A DNA stretch of 64,000 nt from Candidatus Marinacidobacterales bacterium. GTDB taxonomy: Bacteria > Acidobacteriota > Vicinamibacteria > Marinacidobacterales > DATDRI01. The DNA lies in contig OZ244742.1 of assembly GCA_965219415.1 (NCBI GenBank), forward strand, positions 1,856,001 to 1,920,000, written 5' to 3'. The notes under the pieces are model-generated. The model saw only the letters and a list, made by a program, of their open reading frames with translations. It was not told the DNA's origin and searched no databases. The position numbers and the translations under genes are program-made. Positions 53,941-63,781 of this stretch are shown here, piece after piece; position 1 is the first letter of the stretch, and each line of letters opens with the position of its first letter.

Positions 53941-55308
53941 ATGATCGCCGATCTTCGCGCCGTACTGGATGTCTTCGAATCCAATAACGAGTTGATTCGG
54001 ATCAAAGAAGAGGTCGAGCCGAACTATCAAATTACCGCGTTTTGTCGCTTGGTTTCCGACGCGGACGGCCCCGCCCTTTTGTTCGAGCGTATCAAGGGAC
54101 ACTCCGTGCCTTTGGCGGTCAACCTTTTTGGGACACGAAGGCGCATCGCGCTGGCCCTCGAGACCACCGAACACGAGATGACCGAGCGGAATCTGGAATG
54201 TCTCAAGAAACCCTTACCTCCGAAGATGGTGGAAGCCGATCTCTCTGACTGGGTGGTCATGAAAGGCGGAGACATCGATCTGTATGGCATGCCGCATTCG
54301 ATCTGGAACGTGGGAGACGGGGGTCCCTTCGTGACCGCGGGCGTGGTCATGGCTCCGCAGGCAAGCGGCGAGTACAACGCTGGAATTTATCGCATGCAGA
54401 TACACAGCAAGAATACCTGTGGGGTGTATATGGCCCCCGATCACCACGTGCGACGGCTCCTCGAGACGCCAGGGCGGAGTGAACCGGTAGAGATCTCGGT
54501 CGCGCTCGGACCTCCTCCTGCACTATTTCTCACGGCCAGCTCGGATTTTGCGGTCAACGAGAGTGAAGTTTCGATGGCGGGGGCGCTCCAAGGAGAACCC
54601 TTGGAGTTCGCGCCCGGTCTAACGGTGAACGTGCCGTGGCCGATTCGGTCGGAGATCATCATCGAAGGCACGCTGGATGGGACTCTGGCGGAAGAGGGCC
54701 CTTTTGTCGAGTTCACCGGCTATACCACGGGTTCTGGGCCGGCTCCGGTCATGAATGTAACGGCCATTTATCACCGGCCACGGCCGATCTACCATGCCGC
54801 CTATGTGGGCAAGCCGCCGAACGAAACGGCAACCGTCTGGCGTGAAATAGAAGAAGCGAAAGCACTTCGGGTGCTCCAAGAACGCTTTCCCATCGTGAAG
54901 GGAATGCACCGGCCCCCTCAGATCGGACGAGACTTCTGGTGTGTCATCTCGGTGGACTCCGAACGTGCCAAACCCGGAATGATCGGAAACTTGCTACTCG
55001 GCGCCGCCTACTGCCTCCCGCGTCCGAAGTTCCTGATCGTTGTGGACGATGACGTCGATATCTACCGGCTCGAGGATGTGCTCTGGGCTTTGAGCATGCG
55101 CGTGAACCCTCAGCGCGATAGTTTTTTTGCACCCAATACAATGACATCCGGGCTGGATCCCTGTGGACCCACTCCCCCGCTGACCTCGAAGCTCTTGATC
55201 GACGCCACCAAGAAAAAGGGTTTCCGGGGCCGGCTCGGGGTGCCGACCGACGAAGCCTTCGACTTCGCCCGCAAGACGTTAGCCAAATACCTAAAAAACA
55301 GAGACTAA
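53941..55308 (+). CDS. UbiD family (de)carboxylase, second paralogue
   Basis: DGGPFVT, YNAGIYRMQ, EEGPFVEFTGY, IVVDDDVD. RBS aagga before ATG 53941. Confidence 0.92.
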   Translation: MIADLRAVLDVFESNNELIRIKEEVEPNYQITAFCRLVSDADGPALLFERIKGHSVPLAVNLFGTRRRIALALETTEHEMTERNLECLKKPLPPKMVEADLSDWVVMKGGDIDLYGMPHSIWNVGDGGPFVTAGVVMAPQASGEYNAGIYRMQIHSKNTCGVYMAPDHHVRRLLETPGRSEPVEISVALGPPPALFLTASSDFAVNESEVSMAGALQGEPLEFAPGLTVNVPWPIRSEIIIEGTLDGTLAEEGPFVEFTGYTTGSGPAPVMNVTAIYHRPRPIYHAAYVGKPPNETATVWREIEEAKALRVLQERFPIVKGMHRPPQIGRDFWCVISVDSERAKPGMIGNLLLGAAYCLPRPKFLIVVDDDVDIYRLEDVLWALSMRVNPQRDSFFAPNTMTSGLDPCGPTPPLTSKLLIDATKKKGFRGRLGVPTDEAFDFARKTLAKYLKNRD

Positions 55309-55317
55309 GGAGAGCAG

Positions 55318-56286
55318 TTGATGGAATTCGGAGTCTACTTGCCCCACGCGGGACCACTCTGCGGCGCGGAGGCGGTCCGCGACGTCGCTCAAGCGGCCGA
55401 GGAGCTCGGCTTCGCTTCGGTTTGGGTCAATGACCACATCCCACACACGCTCAAGTGGTCAGAGAAATTTCTGTGTGTCGGCTCGCTCGATGCACCCAAT
55501 AGGCCCGACCACCTCGAAGCCATTACCTCACTGAGTTATGTCGCCGCCTCCACGAGCAAAGTAAGACTCGGCTTTACAGTCCTGGTCTTGCCGTTCCGCC
55601 CGCCTGCACTGCTGGCCAAGCAGTGCGCCACTCTCGATGTGTACTCCGGGGGCCGCCTGATCTTTGGCGTCGGTGCCGGAGGGGTCGAACCGGAGTTTCG
55701 AGCCTTGGACATTCCCTTCAAGGGCCGCGCCGGCGAAACGGTTCGCTCGATACGCTCGATTCGCAAGTATTGGGACACAGGCGCGCTCGACGCGCAAGTG
55801 GACGGTGAGGATCTGACGTTCGAGCTACTTCCGCGTCCGGTGCAGCAACCGGCCCCGCCGATTTGGTTCGGTGGCCACACACCCTGGGCGCTGCGGACCA
55901 CCGCGCGCCATTCGGACGGTTGGCTTCCTTTTGCGCTCACGTTGAAGGAGTTCCAGACGAAACTGCAAGAACTAGACACGGTACTCGCTGAGCTCGAACG
56001 TCCGCGACCGACTCTCGCCACCCAACACTTGATCGCCATCGATGAGGACGGCCGGCGAGCCGAGGAACGAGCCGGCAAGACCCTGACCGCAAGGTTTGGT
56101 GCGTTGGATAAAGGGCTCGAAAAGTCCCTGGTGGGCAGCCCTAATCAAATACTCTTGAAGCTCCGAGCCTACAAAGGCCTCGGCGCGGAACACGTGGTGT
56201 TGGGCTTCATATCCACCACGGTCTCTGAAATGCTGGATGACATGCGGCTCTTCGCCACGACGGTCCTGCCAACCTTCGAGAGCTGA
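55318..56286 (+). CDS. LLM-class (luciferase-like) flavin/F420-dependent oxidoreductase
   Basis: AEELGFASVWVNDH, LAKQCATLDVYSGGR, PVQQPAPPIWFGG, DGWLP. Confidence 0.9.
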   Translation: MMEFGVYLPHAGPLCGAEAVRDVAQAAEELGFASVWVNDHIPHTLKWSEKFLCVGSLDAPNRPDHLEAITSLSYVAASTSKVRLGFTVLVLPFRPPALLAKQCATLDVYSGGRLIFGVGAGGVEPEFRALDIPFKGRAGETVRSIRSIRKYWDTGALDAQVDGEDLTFELLPRPVQQPAPPIWFGGHTPWALRTTARHSDGWLPFALTLKEFQTKLQELDTVLAELERPRPTLATQHLIAIDEDGRRAEERAGKTLTARFGALDKGLEKSLVGSPNQILLKLRAYKGLGAEHVVLGFISTTVSEMLDDMRLFATTVLPTFES

Positions 56287-56303
56287 GAAAAGAGGTCCCC
56301 TCC

Positions 56304-56759
56304 ATGAGCTCGCCGGTAACGACCGAGCTAACCGAAGCGCAGTTCGAGACCCTGCAATCGGGTTGCGCCGGTCTCCTGGTGACGGTCGAAGCGAATCATT
56401 TTCCAACCACCGCCTTCGTATGGACGGTCGCTGCGTCGCACAAGAAAGTGCGGTTCGGGATCGAGGGGGGGACAACTCTCGCCAACCTCGAACGGGAGGG
56501 AATGGCTTCACTCCAGATCATCGGCGCCAGCAATCGTGTTTTTCTGATCAAGGGAACGACCACCATGGTGAAGCCACGCCTGGAGGCGGTGCCCTTCGAG
56601 AGCGCGATGATGAGCTTGAAGGTGGCAGAAGTTAAGGATCAGACCTGGCCCGAGGTCTCGGTGCGCGAGCTCGCCTACGAATGGACTTCCGATCGTCGTG
56701 AAGAGTGGAGCGGCATCGAGCAAGCCGTCTATCGAGAAATGAAGGAGTGGAAGGACTGA
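56304..56759 (+). CDS. Pyridoxamine 5'-phosphate oxidase-like split-barrel flavin-binding protein
   Basis: Size and pattern 'LVTVE..FPTT..W..TLANL..ASLQI..IKG'. Confidence 0.65.
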   Translation: MSSPVTTELTEAQFETLQSGCAGLLVTVEANHFPTTAFVWTVAASHKKVRFGIEGGTTLANLEREGMASLQIIGASNRVFLIKGTTTMVKPRLEAVPFESAMMSLKVAEVKDQTWPEVSVRELAYEWTSDRREEWSGIEQAVYREMKEWKD

Positions 56760-56775
56760 CGCGACCGCGATCGTC

Positions 56776-57375
56776 TCAGTTTTGCGATGGTTCCCCGCTA
56801 GACATGACGCCGTCCCAGCGAGGCGCCTCGTCGAGATGAATCCCCAGCTGATCTAGGACCCGCATCACAGTCTGATCGACGATCTCGGCGACCGTTTCCG
56901 GGCGATTGTAGAAAGCCGGTACCGGCGGAGAAATAACGACACCCATCCGCGAGAGCTTCAACATGTTCTCGAGGTGCACCGCGTTCAGCGGCGCTTCACG
57001 CACGACCAGCACCAGCTTCCGTCGCTCCTTCAGGACAACATCTGCCGCCCGGTGAATAAGATTGTCGCTCACGCCGTTGGCGATGGCGCCGAGCGTCTTC
57101 ACGCTGCAGGGAGCAACGACCATCCCCGAGGTTTGAAATGAACCGCTCGAGATCTTGGCTCCCTGATCGTTCTGGGCGCAGGTATAGCTGGCCATCTGCT
57201 GCACCTGCTCAACCGTGTACGACGTCTCGTGGATGAGGGTCCGCGCACCCCACTTGCTGATGATCAGGTGTGTCTCCACATTAGCTTGGCGGAGCATTTG
57301 CAGCGCCCGAACGCCGTAGATCGTACCGGTCGCACCGGTGATGGCGACAATGATTTGCCGGGCCGGCTCACTCAT
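56776..57375 (-). CDS. ubiX: Flavin prenyltransferase
   Basis: ITGATG, ISSGS, APCSVKTL, RAADVVLKERRKLVL, REAP, PVPAFY. Confidence 0.95.
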   Translation of the reverse strand: MSEPARQIIVAITGATGTIYGVRALQMLRQANVETHLIISKWGARTLIHETSYTVEQVQQMASYTCAQNDQGAKISSGSFQTSGMVVAPCSVKTLGAIANGVSDNLIHRAADVVLKERRKLVLVVREAPLNAVHLENMLKLSRMGVVISPPVPAFYNRPETVAEIVDQTVMRVLDQLGIHLDEAPRWDGVMSSGEPSQN

Positions 57376-57440
57376 GGCAGCACAAGTTACATCAGGTCCA
57401 TGGTTGAACGCGAACCCGGCGCCATTCCCCGCGGCGGCGG

Positions 57441-57730
57441 TTACTTGGTGAGATCGAAGCTCTTGGCGCCTCCGGCCGCGCGAGCGATGGCCTTGATGCC
57501 CTTGTTGCGGGCGGCCTCGGTCGGGTAAATCTGACTGGTCCCGATGACCTGATGGTTCTTGGCCTTCATGACGAAGCGGTGCTTGCCCGAAGCAGCAGGC
57601 TTCGCCTCGAAACATTTCGCGCTTCGACAGTTCTTCTTCACGGAAGCAGCGCCATTGTTTGCGCCGGCTTTTGATCGGTAGCCCTCGCTGGCGAGAACGA
57701 TCTCGCCATTGCTTGCTCTCAGGCGAACCA
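57441..57730 (-). pseudogene. YegP/DUF1508 family protein, 5'-truncated
   Basis: Duplicated 'LRASNGEIVLASEGY' / 'MKAKNHQVIGTSQIY' modules; the first strand and start are missing. Confidence 0.75.
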
Positions 57731-58502
57731 TGACGGCTGGGTGGCTGCCACAAAACACCAGACGCCGTGGGGGGCGGAACCGGATTGTCCGCTCGACCAG
57801 GACACATGGGAGCTGTATCACGTTGCCGAGGATTTCAGTCAGGCGATCGACCTGGCCGCGTCGAATCCGGACAAACTAAATGAACTACAAGACCTCTTCA
57901 TGGAGGAAGCGATTAAGTACGACGTTCTGCTGCTGGATGATCGAACGTTCGAACGTTTCAACGCCAAGATTGCCGGCAGGCCGGACCTGATGGGCGACCG
58001 CACGTCACTCACGGCGTATCCGGGCATGACCCACATGACGGAGAACGCCTTCATCAATGTGAAGAATCGCTCACACACGATCACCGCAGAGGTCGAGATC
58101 CCGCAAGGTGGTGGAGAAGGCGTGATCCTGGCTCAGGGAGGGCGCTTCGCCGGCTGGAGTCTTTATATGAAGGACGGCAAGGTTTCCTACGTACATAACT
58201 GGGTCGGCAAGGAGCGCTACACCATCACCGCACCGGAGCGGCTGGCTCCCGGTAAGGCGACGATACGCTACGAGTTCGCGTACGAGGGCGACCAACCCGG
58301 TTCGGGCGGTACGGGAACGATCTCTGTGAATGGGCAGAAGGTGGCCGAAGGTCGGATCGGCAATACCACGCCGTTCCTCTTTTCTGCTGACAAGACCGCC
58401 GATGTGGGCATGGACGAGGCCACTCCCGTGACCGAAGACTATGCCGAGGGCGACAACGAGTTCACTGGAGAGATCGAGAAGGTGACGGTCGAGCTGAAAT
58501 AG
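57729..58502 (+). pseudogene. Arylsulfatase C-terminal fragment
   Basis: HDGW..WELYHVAEDFSQ..DLA, 'NRSHTITAEV', 'GGRFAGWSLY'. The catalytic N-terminal domain is absent. Confidence 0.82.
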
Positions 58503-58746
58503 GCGGATCAGTGCGTGAGCGCGTCCGCTGTGTCAGCAAACGAGCGGTTACAGCGGACGCCGCTACCGGATAACCACGAAGAGAGCCAGACTACCAGGCG
58601 TCGCGATGACGCTGATTGGCTCGGGAAGGGCACCATTGGTGCCACTGATAACCCTCGCGGCAACGAGCTCCGCCTCGGGTCCATTCTGCGTGAATTCAAT
58701 TCGAAGTCCCCACACCCTACCGTTTGAATCTCCTACGAGTCAAAGT

Positions 58747-60057
58747 TCAATTGCTGGTCTGGTCGATTCTGAGTACGGTGTGGAACAGCACGTCGGCACC
58801 GTTTGCCATATCTTGCGGCGAGGTGTATTCAAAAGGTGAATGGCTGATGCCATTCTTGCTGGGCACGAAAATCATACCCGTGGGGGTAATTGCCGCCATC
58901 TCCTGCGCGTCGTGACCCGCCCCGCTCGGCATAGATTTATAACTCAACCCGAGCTCTTGCGCAGATTTGGCAATCATGTTTTGTATGCGCTGATCCGTGA
59001 TCGCTGGCAATATGTCAAGGTGTTGGGATTGAAAACTAATTGTGGTGCCGGACTCTTTCTCGATGGCCACCGATTGCTGCTTTATCTGGTCCAGAATTGA
59101 GAAGATCTTCTCCCTCGAAAGATCCCGTAGTTCCAGCACGAACACGGCCTTGCCGGGGATCACATTGGGCGCGCCCGGTTCGACCTTGATCTTACCCACG
59201 GTGGCCACTTGCTGGCCAAGTGTCGCACGGGTAATTTCGTTGATCGCGACGATCAGTTTGGAGGCGGCCAGCAGGGCATCCTCGCGTAGGTTCATGGGAG
59301 TGGTACCGGCATGATTCGCCATGCCCTTTACTGTAACTTCCCATTCCTCGATGCTCACGATCCCCGTGACCACACCGATGTTCAGGTTTTCGTTGTCCAG
59401 AACAGCTCCCTGTTCGATATGTAATTCCAGAAATGCCTTGATTTCAGCCGGTTCACGCTTGGCACCTTCCAAGGAGTCCGGATTCCCCCCGATGTCCCGT
59501 ATGCCCTGGGCGATGGTTTTGCTGCTGTTGCTAACGCGGTGCAGATCGTCCGCCTGCAAGGTTCCGCTCATGGCCTGGCTGCCAGTGAGTCCACCTTCTT
59601 CGTCAGAGAACACAATTACTTCCAACGGATGCTCGGTTACAATCCCCGCCTCATTCAGCAGTTCAATGCATTCCAGGGAGCCGATCACCCCAACATCCCC
59701 GTCGTAGTTGCCACCATGAGGCACCGAATCGATGTGCGACCCGAAGAGGATCGAAGGAAGATTCGAGTTGTTACCTTTCCGTTTGCCTATAATATTGCCG
59801 GCGACGTCAACGTTCACTTCCAGACCCGCATCTTTCATTAGGGTCATGGCGTACTCACGGCCCAGGGTGTCGGCCTTGCTGAATCCCAGTCTGCTTACCC
59901 CACCGTCCGGATTGGCGCCATATTTGGATAGCGCCATGATCCGGGATTCCATCCGGGTGGCATCGGCACGTACTTCAACTTGGGCTAAACAAGGACAGGC
60001 AAAAAACAAGTAAACCAGGTAGAAGCAACTTTGGAATTCAGCGCTGTGTAACTTCAT
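58747..60057 (-). CDS. M20-family Zn amidohydrolase (N-carbamoyl-amino-acid/allantoate amidohydrolase-like)
   Basis: GSHIDSV, YDG, DEEG, ELHIEQG, NHAGTTP, SGAGHD, SHSPFE. Confidence 0.93.
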   Translation of the reverse strand: MKLHSAEFQSCFYLVYLFFACPCLAQVEVRADATRMESRIMALSKYGANPDGGVSRLGFSKADTLGREYAMTLMKDAGLEVNVDVAGNIIGKRKGNNSNLPSILFGSHIDSVPHGGNYDGDVGVIGSLECIELLNEAGIVTEHPLEVIVFSDEEGGLTGSQAMSGTLQADDLHRVSNSSKTIAQGIRDIGGNPDSLEGAKREPAEIKAFLELHIEQGAVLDNENLNIGVVTGIVSIEEWEVTVKGMANHAGTTPMNLREDALLAASKLIVAINEITRATLGQQVATVGKIKVEPGAPNVIPGKAVFVLELRDLSREKIFSILDQIKQQSVAIEKESGTTISFQSQHLDILPAITDQRIQNMIAKSAQELGLSYKSMPSGAGHDAQEMAAITPTGMIFVPSKNGISHSPFEYTSPQDMANGADVLFHTVLRIDQTSN

Positions 60058-60333
60058 CGTGGATGCCCCCCATCTCGCCGCGGCTGATCATTCAGGACCC
60101 TATAGTGAGAGAGCCCGTCCAATTGCCGTCGAGGTTTCGCTAGCAGTGAAAATAGTCTCGCGCCACTTGGATTGTCAAAGGTTCCGAAGACGGAGGGCTC
60201 CGCTGGCCTACATCAGCCGCCAGCTGCCGCATAGCTCATCAGAGACTACGGGTTACTGTAGCTCACGCTGGTTTGGAACCAAGTTGGAACCCAACACCAA
60301 CCTTCCTATCGCTGCCATCAATATGCAACACGC

Positions 60334-60362
60334 TTGACATCATGATGTCTACCTACTATCAT
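60334..60362 (+). promoter_or_regulatory. vapBC promoter with overlapping operator palindrome
   Basis: TTGACA-17 nt-TATCAT. Perfect palindrome GACATCATGATGTC at 60336-60349. Confidence 0.8.
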
Positions 60363-60368
60363 CAATGC

Positions 60369-60617
60369 ATGAGAACGACTCTCACTCTGGACGATGACGT
60401 TGCCGCCAAGCTCAAGGCGGAAACTCGACGTAGCGGTAGGACTCTCAAGGACGTCGTGAATGAGTATCTCCGCCTGGGGCTCTACGCGAAAAAAACTCAG
60501 CAGCCCCGAAGGCCCTTTCACGTCGAAGCGCGTGACCTAGGGGCACTTCGTCCCGGCCTCAGCTTGGATAACGTTGGCGATCTGTTGGAGCAACTTGAGG
60601 GCCCAGTCCACCGGTGA
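60369..60617 (+). CDS. vapB: VapB-type antitoxin (RHH)
   Basis: MRTTLTLDDDV..; overlaps the toxin start (GTGA). Confidence 0.88.
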   Translation: MRTTLTLDDDVAAKLKAETRRSGRTLKDVVNEYLRLGLYAKKTQQPRRPFHVEARDLGALRPGLSLDNVGDLLEQLEGPVHR

Positions 60618-61045
60618 TCCTCGTCGACGCCAACATCGTTCTCCACGCCTACCATCCCCATTCGGAGCATCATGAAGCTTGCCGGCTGTGGATCGAGGAA
60701 AACTACTCCGCGCCAGCGCCAATCGGGCTTCCCTGGCTCACCATCTGGGCATTCCTTCGTATTAGTACGAATCCTCGTGCGTTCGAAAAACCGCTCACCA
60801 TGAAAGAGGCGGCAGCGATCGCGTCGTCATGGTTCGATGTGGCCGCCGTTCGAGTGGTGGTGCCGGGTGAACGTTACTGGGAGATCTTGAGGAACCTGCT
60901 ACTCGAGGCCCAGATCTCAGGTCCCCTCGTAACCGATGCCGCTCTAGCGGCCATGGCCATCGAGCAAGGTGCGAGCGTCTGCACAACCGACCGAGATTTT
61001 GCTCGTTTCGCAGAAGTACAGATCGTCGACCCCTCGCGAACGTAG
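60614..61045 (+). CDS. vapC: VapC PIN-domain toxin
   Basis: MILVDAN, FLRISTNP, DAALAA, TTDRDFARF. Confidence 0.92.
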   Translation: MILVDANIVLHAYHPHSEHHEACRLWIEENYSAPAPIGLPWLTIWAFLRISTNPRAFEKPLTMKEAAAIASSWFDVAAVRVVVPGERYWEILRNLLLEAQISGPLVTDAALAAMAIEQGASVCTTDRDFARFAEVQIVDPSRT

Positions 61046-61189
61046 GCTAGGTTCTGCTCCGGAATGTCCCTCTTGTTCAGACAACTGGAAAGAGGGCATA
61101 TGGGCCCGTGTTTTGCGATGGTTCAGTGGTAGCTGACTCTCCTGCCACGCTATGCGGCTTGTCCGCAACTAAGCTTGATCTTTATACAT

Positions 61190-62113
61190 ATGAAGCCTTT
61201 GCACATTGAAACACCGTTCTTCGAGTCCCGCGCGCTGACCATCGGCGCAGGCCGGACTGTCTGGCTAAAGCTCGAAGCAATGCAGCCGCCCGGTTCATTC
61301 AAGATTCGTGGGATTGGATTGGCTTGCCAAGAATACGTTCGCCGCGGCGCCGAGCGGTTCATTTCGTCGTCCGGCGGAAATGCGGGTATCGCAGTGGCCT
61401 ACGCTGGGCGCCATCTATCCGTGCCAGTGGTCGTCGTGGTTCCCGAGACCACCACCGACAGAGCCAAGGCACTGATACAGCAAGAGGGCGCCGAAGTGGT
61501 TGTCCATGGCTCTTCCTGGCACGAAGCGAATGCACTGGCATTGTCGATGGTCAAGGAATCTGATGCATTTCTGCATCCGTTCGATGCCCCTCTTATTTGG
61601 CAAGGACATGCCAGCCTGGTTGACGAAGTAGTGCGATCGGGTGTGAAGCCTGATGTCGTCGTTCTCTCGGTAGGAGGCGGCGGGTTGCTAAGCGGCGTCG
61701 TGGAGGGGCTACATCGAAACGGCTGGACCGATGTCCCGGTGATTGCCGTCGAAACGGAAGGAGCCGACTCATTAGCTCAGTCGGTTCGAGCAGGCTACCC
61801 AGTCGAATTGGCCGCCATCACCAGTATTGCCACTTCACTGGGCGCCACGCGAATTTGCGAACAAGCGTTCAGTTGGTCAAAGAAGCATCCTCTTCGCAGC
61901 ATCGTGGTCTCGGATCGGGCCGCTGTATTCGCATGCCAAAGATTCCTTGCCGATCACCGGGTAGTAGTGGAGCCGGCTTGCGGAGCATCTCTCGCGGTCG
62001 TGTATGACGGCGCACCGGAACTTGAAGAATTCAAATCCGTTCTGGTCGTCGTTTGCGGTGGAGTGACCGTAACCGTCGAACAGTTGCAAGAATGGTCGAA
62101 GGTATATGCATAA
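61190..62113 (+). CDS. PLP-dependent L-serine/threonine dehydratase (fold type II); probable cassette gene
   Basis: QPPGSFKIRG, SSGGNAG, SVGGGGL, VEPACG, VVCGG. Confidence 0.9.
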   Translation: MKPLHIETPFFESRALTIGAGRTVWLKLEAMQPPGSFKIRGIGLACQEYVRRGAERFISSSGGNAGIAVAYAGRHLSVPVVVVVPETTTDRAKALIQQEGAEVVVHGSSWHEANALALSMVKESDAFLHPFDAPLIWQGHASLVDEVVRSGVKPDVVVLSVGGGGLLSGVVEGLHRNGWTDVPVIAVETEGADSLAQSVRAGYPVELAAITSIATSLGATRICEQAFSWSKKHPLRSIVVSDRAAVFACQRFLADHRVVVEPACGASLAVVYDGAPELEEFKSVLVVVCGGVTVTVEQLQEWSKVYA

Positions 62114-62188
62114 CCCGTCGCTTTCTGTCGGCGTTTCGATCGCGCCGAGGTCCGCATCCTCGCCTACCAGGCGCTCACCGAGCAGCAC

Positions 62189-63655
62189 ATGATCCGCTGT
62201 CGTCGCTTCGCAGCCGTCATAACAATCCTGGCGCTCGCCGTCAGTTGCACCAGCCAGGACGACCCGCATGCCGGCGTGGAAACCGGGGACGACAACGCCG
62301 TGGTCGATGCCGTGTTCGCATCCTGGGATTTGCCGGGATCGCCGGGTTGCGCGCTCGCCGTGGCGCAAGATGGCGCCCTGGTATACTCGCGCGGCTACGG
62401 TTACGCCAACCTCGACTACGACATTCCCATCACGCCGCAGACGGTGTTCGACGTCGCCTCGGTGACCAAGCAGTTCAACGCCGCCAGCCTCAACATGCTG
62501 GCGTTGGAAGGGAAGCTGTCGCTCGACGACAACGTCCGCAAGTGGCTTCCGGAGCTACCCGAGTACGAGTGGCCGATTACCCTGCGGCACATGCTCTACC
62601 ACACCAGCGGCTTGCGTGACTATCTGAACCTGTTCCCACTCGCCGGGCGCGACGACTACTACCCGATCTCGCACGGCCAGATTCTGGCGATGATGTCGCG
62701 GCAGCGCGCGCTGATCTATCCGCCAGGTGAACAATACCGTTACAGCAACACAGCCTACATGCTGCTGGCGCAGGTTCTCGAGCGCGCCGGAGGCAAATCG
62801 TTGGGCGAGATAACGCAGGAGCGCATCTTCGAGCCGCTGGGGATGGAAGACAGCTCAATGTACGAAAACCTCGAGGAAATCATTCCTCGGCGCGCCACCG
62901 GCTACGATCGCGACGCCGATGGCCGCCTGCGGATCGTGCACAACTACAACTTTGACGTCGCCGGCGACGGGCAACTGTACTCGACCGTGGAGGATCTGCT
63001 GCGCTGGGACAATTACCTGCACGGCGCCGAGAAGCCGGTGACTTATTCGATGATGCTGACCGAGGGGCACCTCAACAAAGGCGATCCGACCGGCTACGCC
63101 CAAGGCATTCGGCTGGATGAGTACCGCGGCCTGCGCACCGTGGGGCACCACGGCAGTTCCTGGGGGTTCCGCACCCAGCTCGTACGGTTCGTAGAGCCCG
63201 GCCTGTCGATCGCCATCTCCTGCAACGTCGACTCCGCCAAACCTGGAAACCTGGCGCAGCAGGTCGCCGACCACTACCTGGCTGACCAGCTCGGGCCCGA
63301 GAGCGGCGACGAGGCACCCGGCGACGACCAGCCCGCCGCAGGCACGGTATCCGAGCCGCCATCATTGACATCCGACCAGCTGGCCGAGTTTTCTGGTGCG
63401 TTCTATTCTGCCGAGCTGGACGCCACCTACCGTTTCGCGGTGGTCGACGGCGGCCTCGTGGTGCGCATCGAGCAGGAGTCGCTGCTCGACGTCGCGCCGG
63501 TAGCCGATGACCGCTTCGAGTTTGGTTTCCACCCTCAAGGGTGGTCGGGACCACAGCCGGTAAGCCTGGAGTTCGATCGCAACCGTACCGGCGCCATTAC
63601 CGGGTTTGGCCTGAGCTCGGGCTCAGAGCGAGGCATCGTATTCGTGAGACGCTAG
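62189..63655 (+). CDS. Serine hydrolase (beta-lactamase-related) lipoprotein
   Basis: Lipobox AVSC, SVTK (SxxK), HTSG, YSN, HHG. Confidence 0.9.
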   Translation: MIRCRRFAAVITILALAVSCTSQDDPHAGVETGDDNAVVDAVFASWDLPGSPGCALAVAQDGALVYSRGYGYANLDYDIPITPQTVFDVASVTKQFNAASLNMLALEGKLSLDDNVRKWLPELPEYEWPITLRHMLYHTSGLRDYLNLFPLAGRDDYYPISHGQILAMMSRQRALIYPPGEQYRYSNTAYMLLAQVLERAGGKSLGEITQERIFEPLGMEDSSMYENLEEIIPRRATGYDRDADGRLRIVHNYNFDVAGDGQLYSTVEDLLRWDNYLHGAEKPVTYSMMLTEGHLNKGDPTGYAQGIRLDEYRGLRTVGHHGSSWGFRTQLVRFVEPGLSIAISCNVDSAKPGNLAQQVADHYLADQLGPESGDEAPGDDQPAAGTVSEPPSLTSDQLAEFSGAFYSAELDATYRFAVVDGGLVVRIEQESLLDVAPVADDRFEFGFHPQGWSGPQPVSLEFDRNRTGAITGFGLSSGSERGIVFVRR

Positions 63656-63781
63656 CGCTGGTTGCGGGATACTAGCTCGTGCCACGCCGCGAACTGTGTG
63701 ATGAACGGCCGCAACCCAAAGCCGACATTTGCTCTGTCATCTCAGAAATGCAAGTCTGACTCTATTTTCTGGAGACGGTCG

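Noticed and set aside
57376-57807. UbiX with a long N-terminal extension (343-aa ORF)
   Set aside because: The extension is an alternative frame over the YegP-like gene. UbiX homology starts at ATG 57375.
63700-63730. Short extragenic palindrome-like remnant (cggccgcaacccaaagccgacatt)
   Set aside because: Single degenerate copy in the window; too weak to call.
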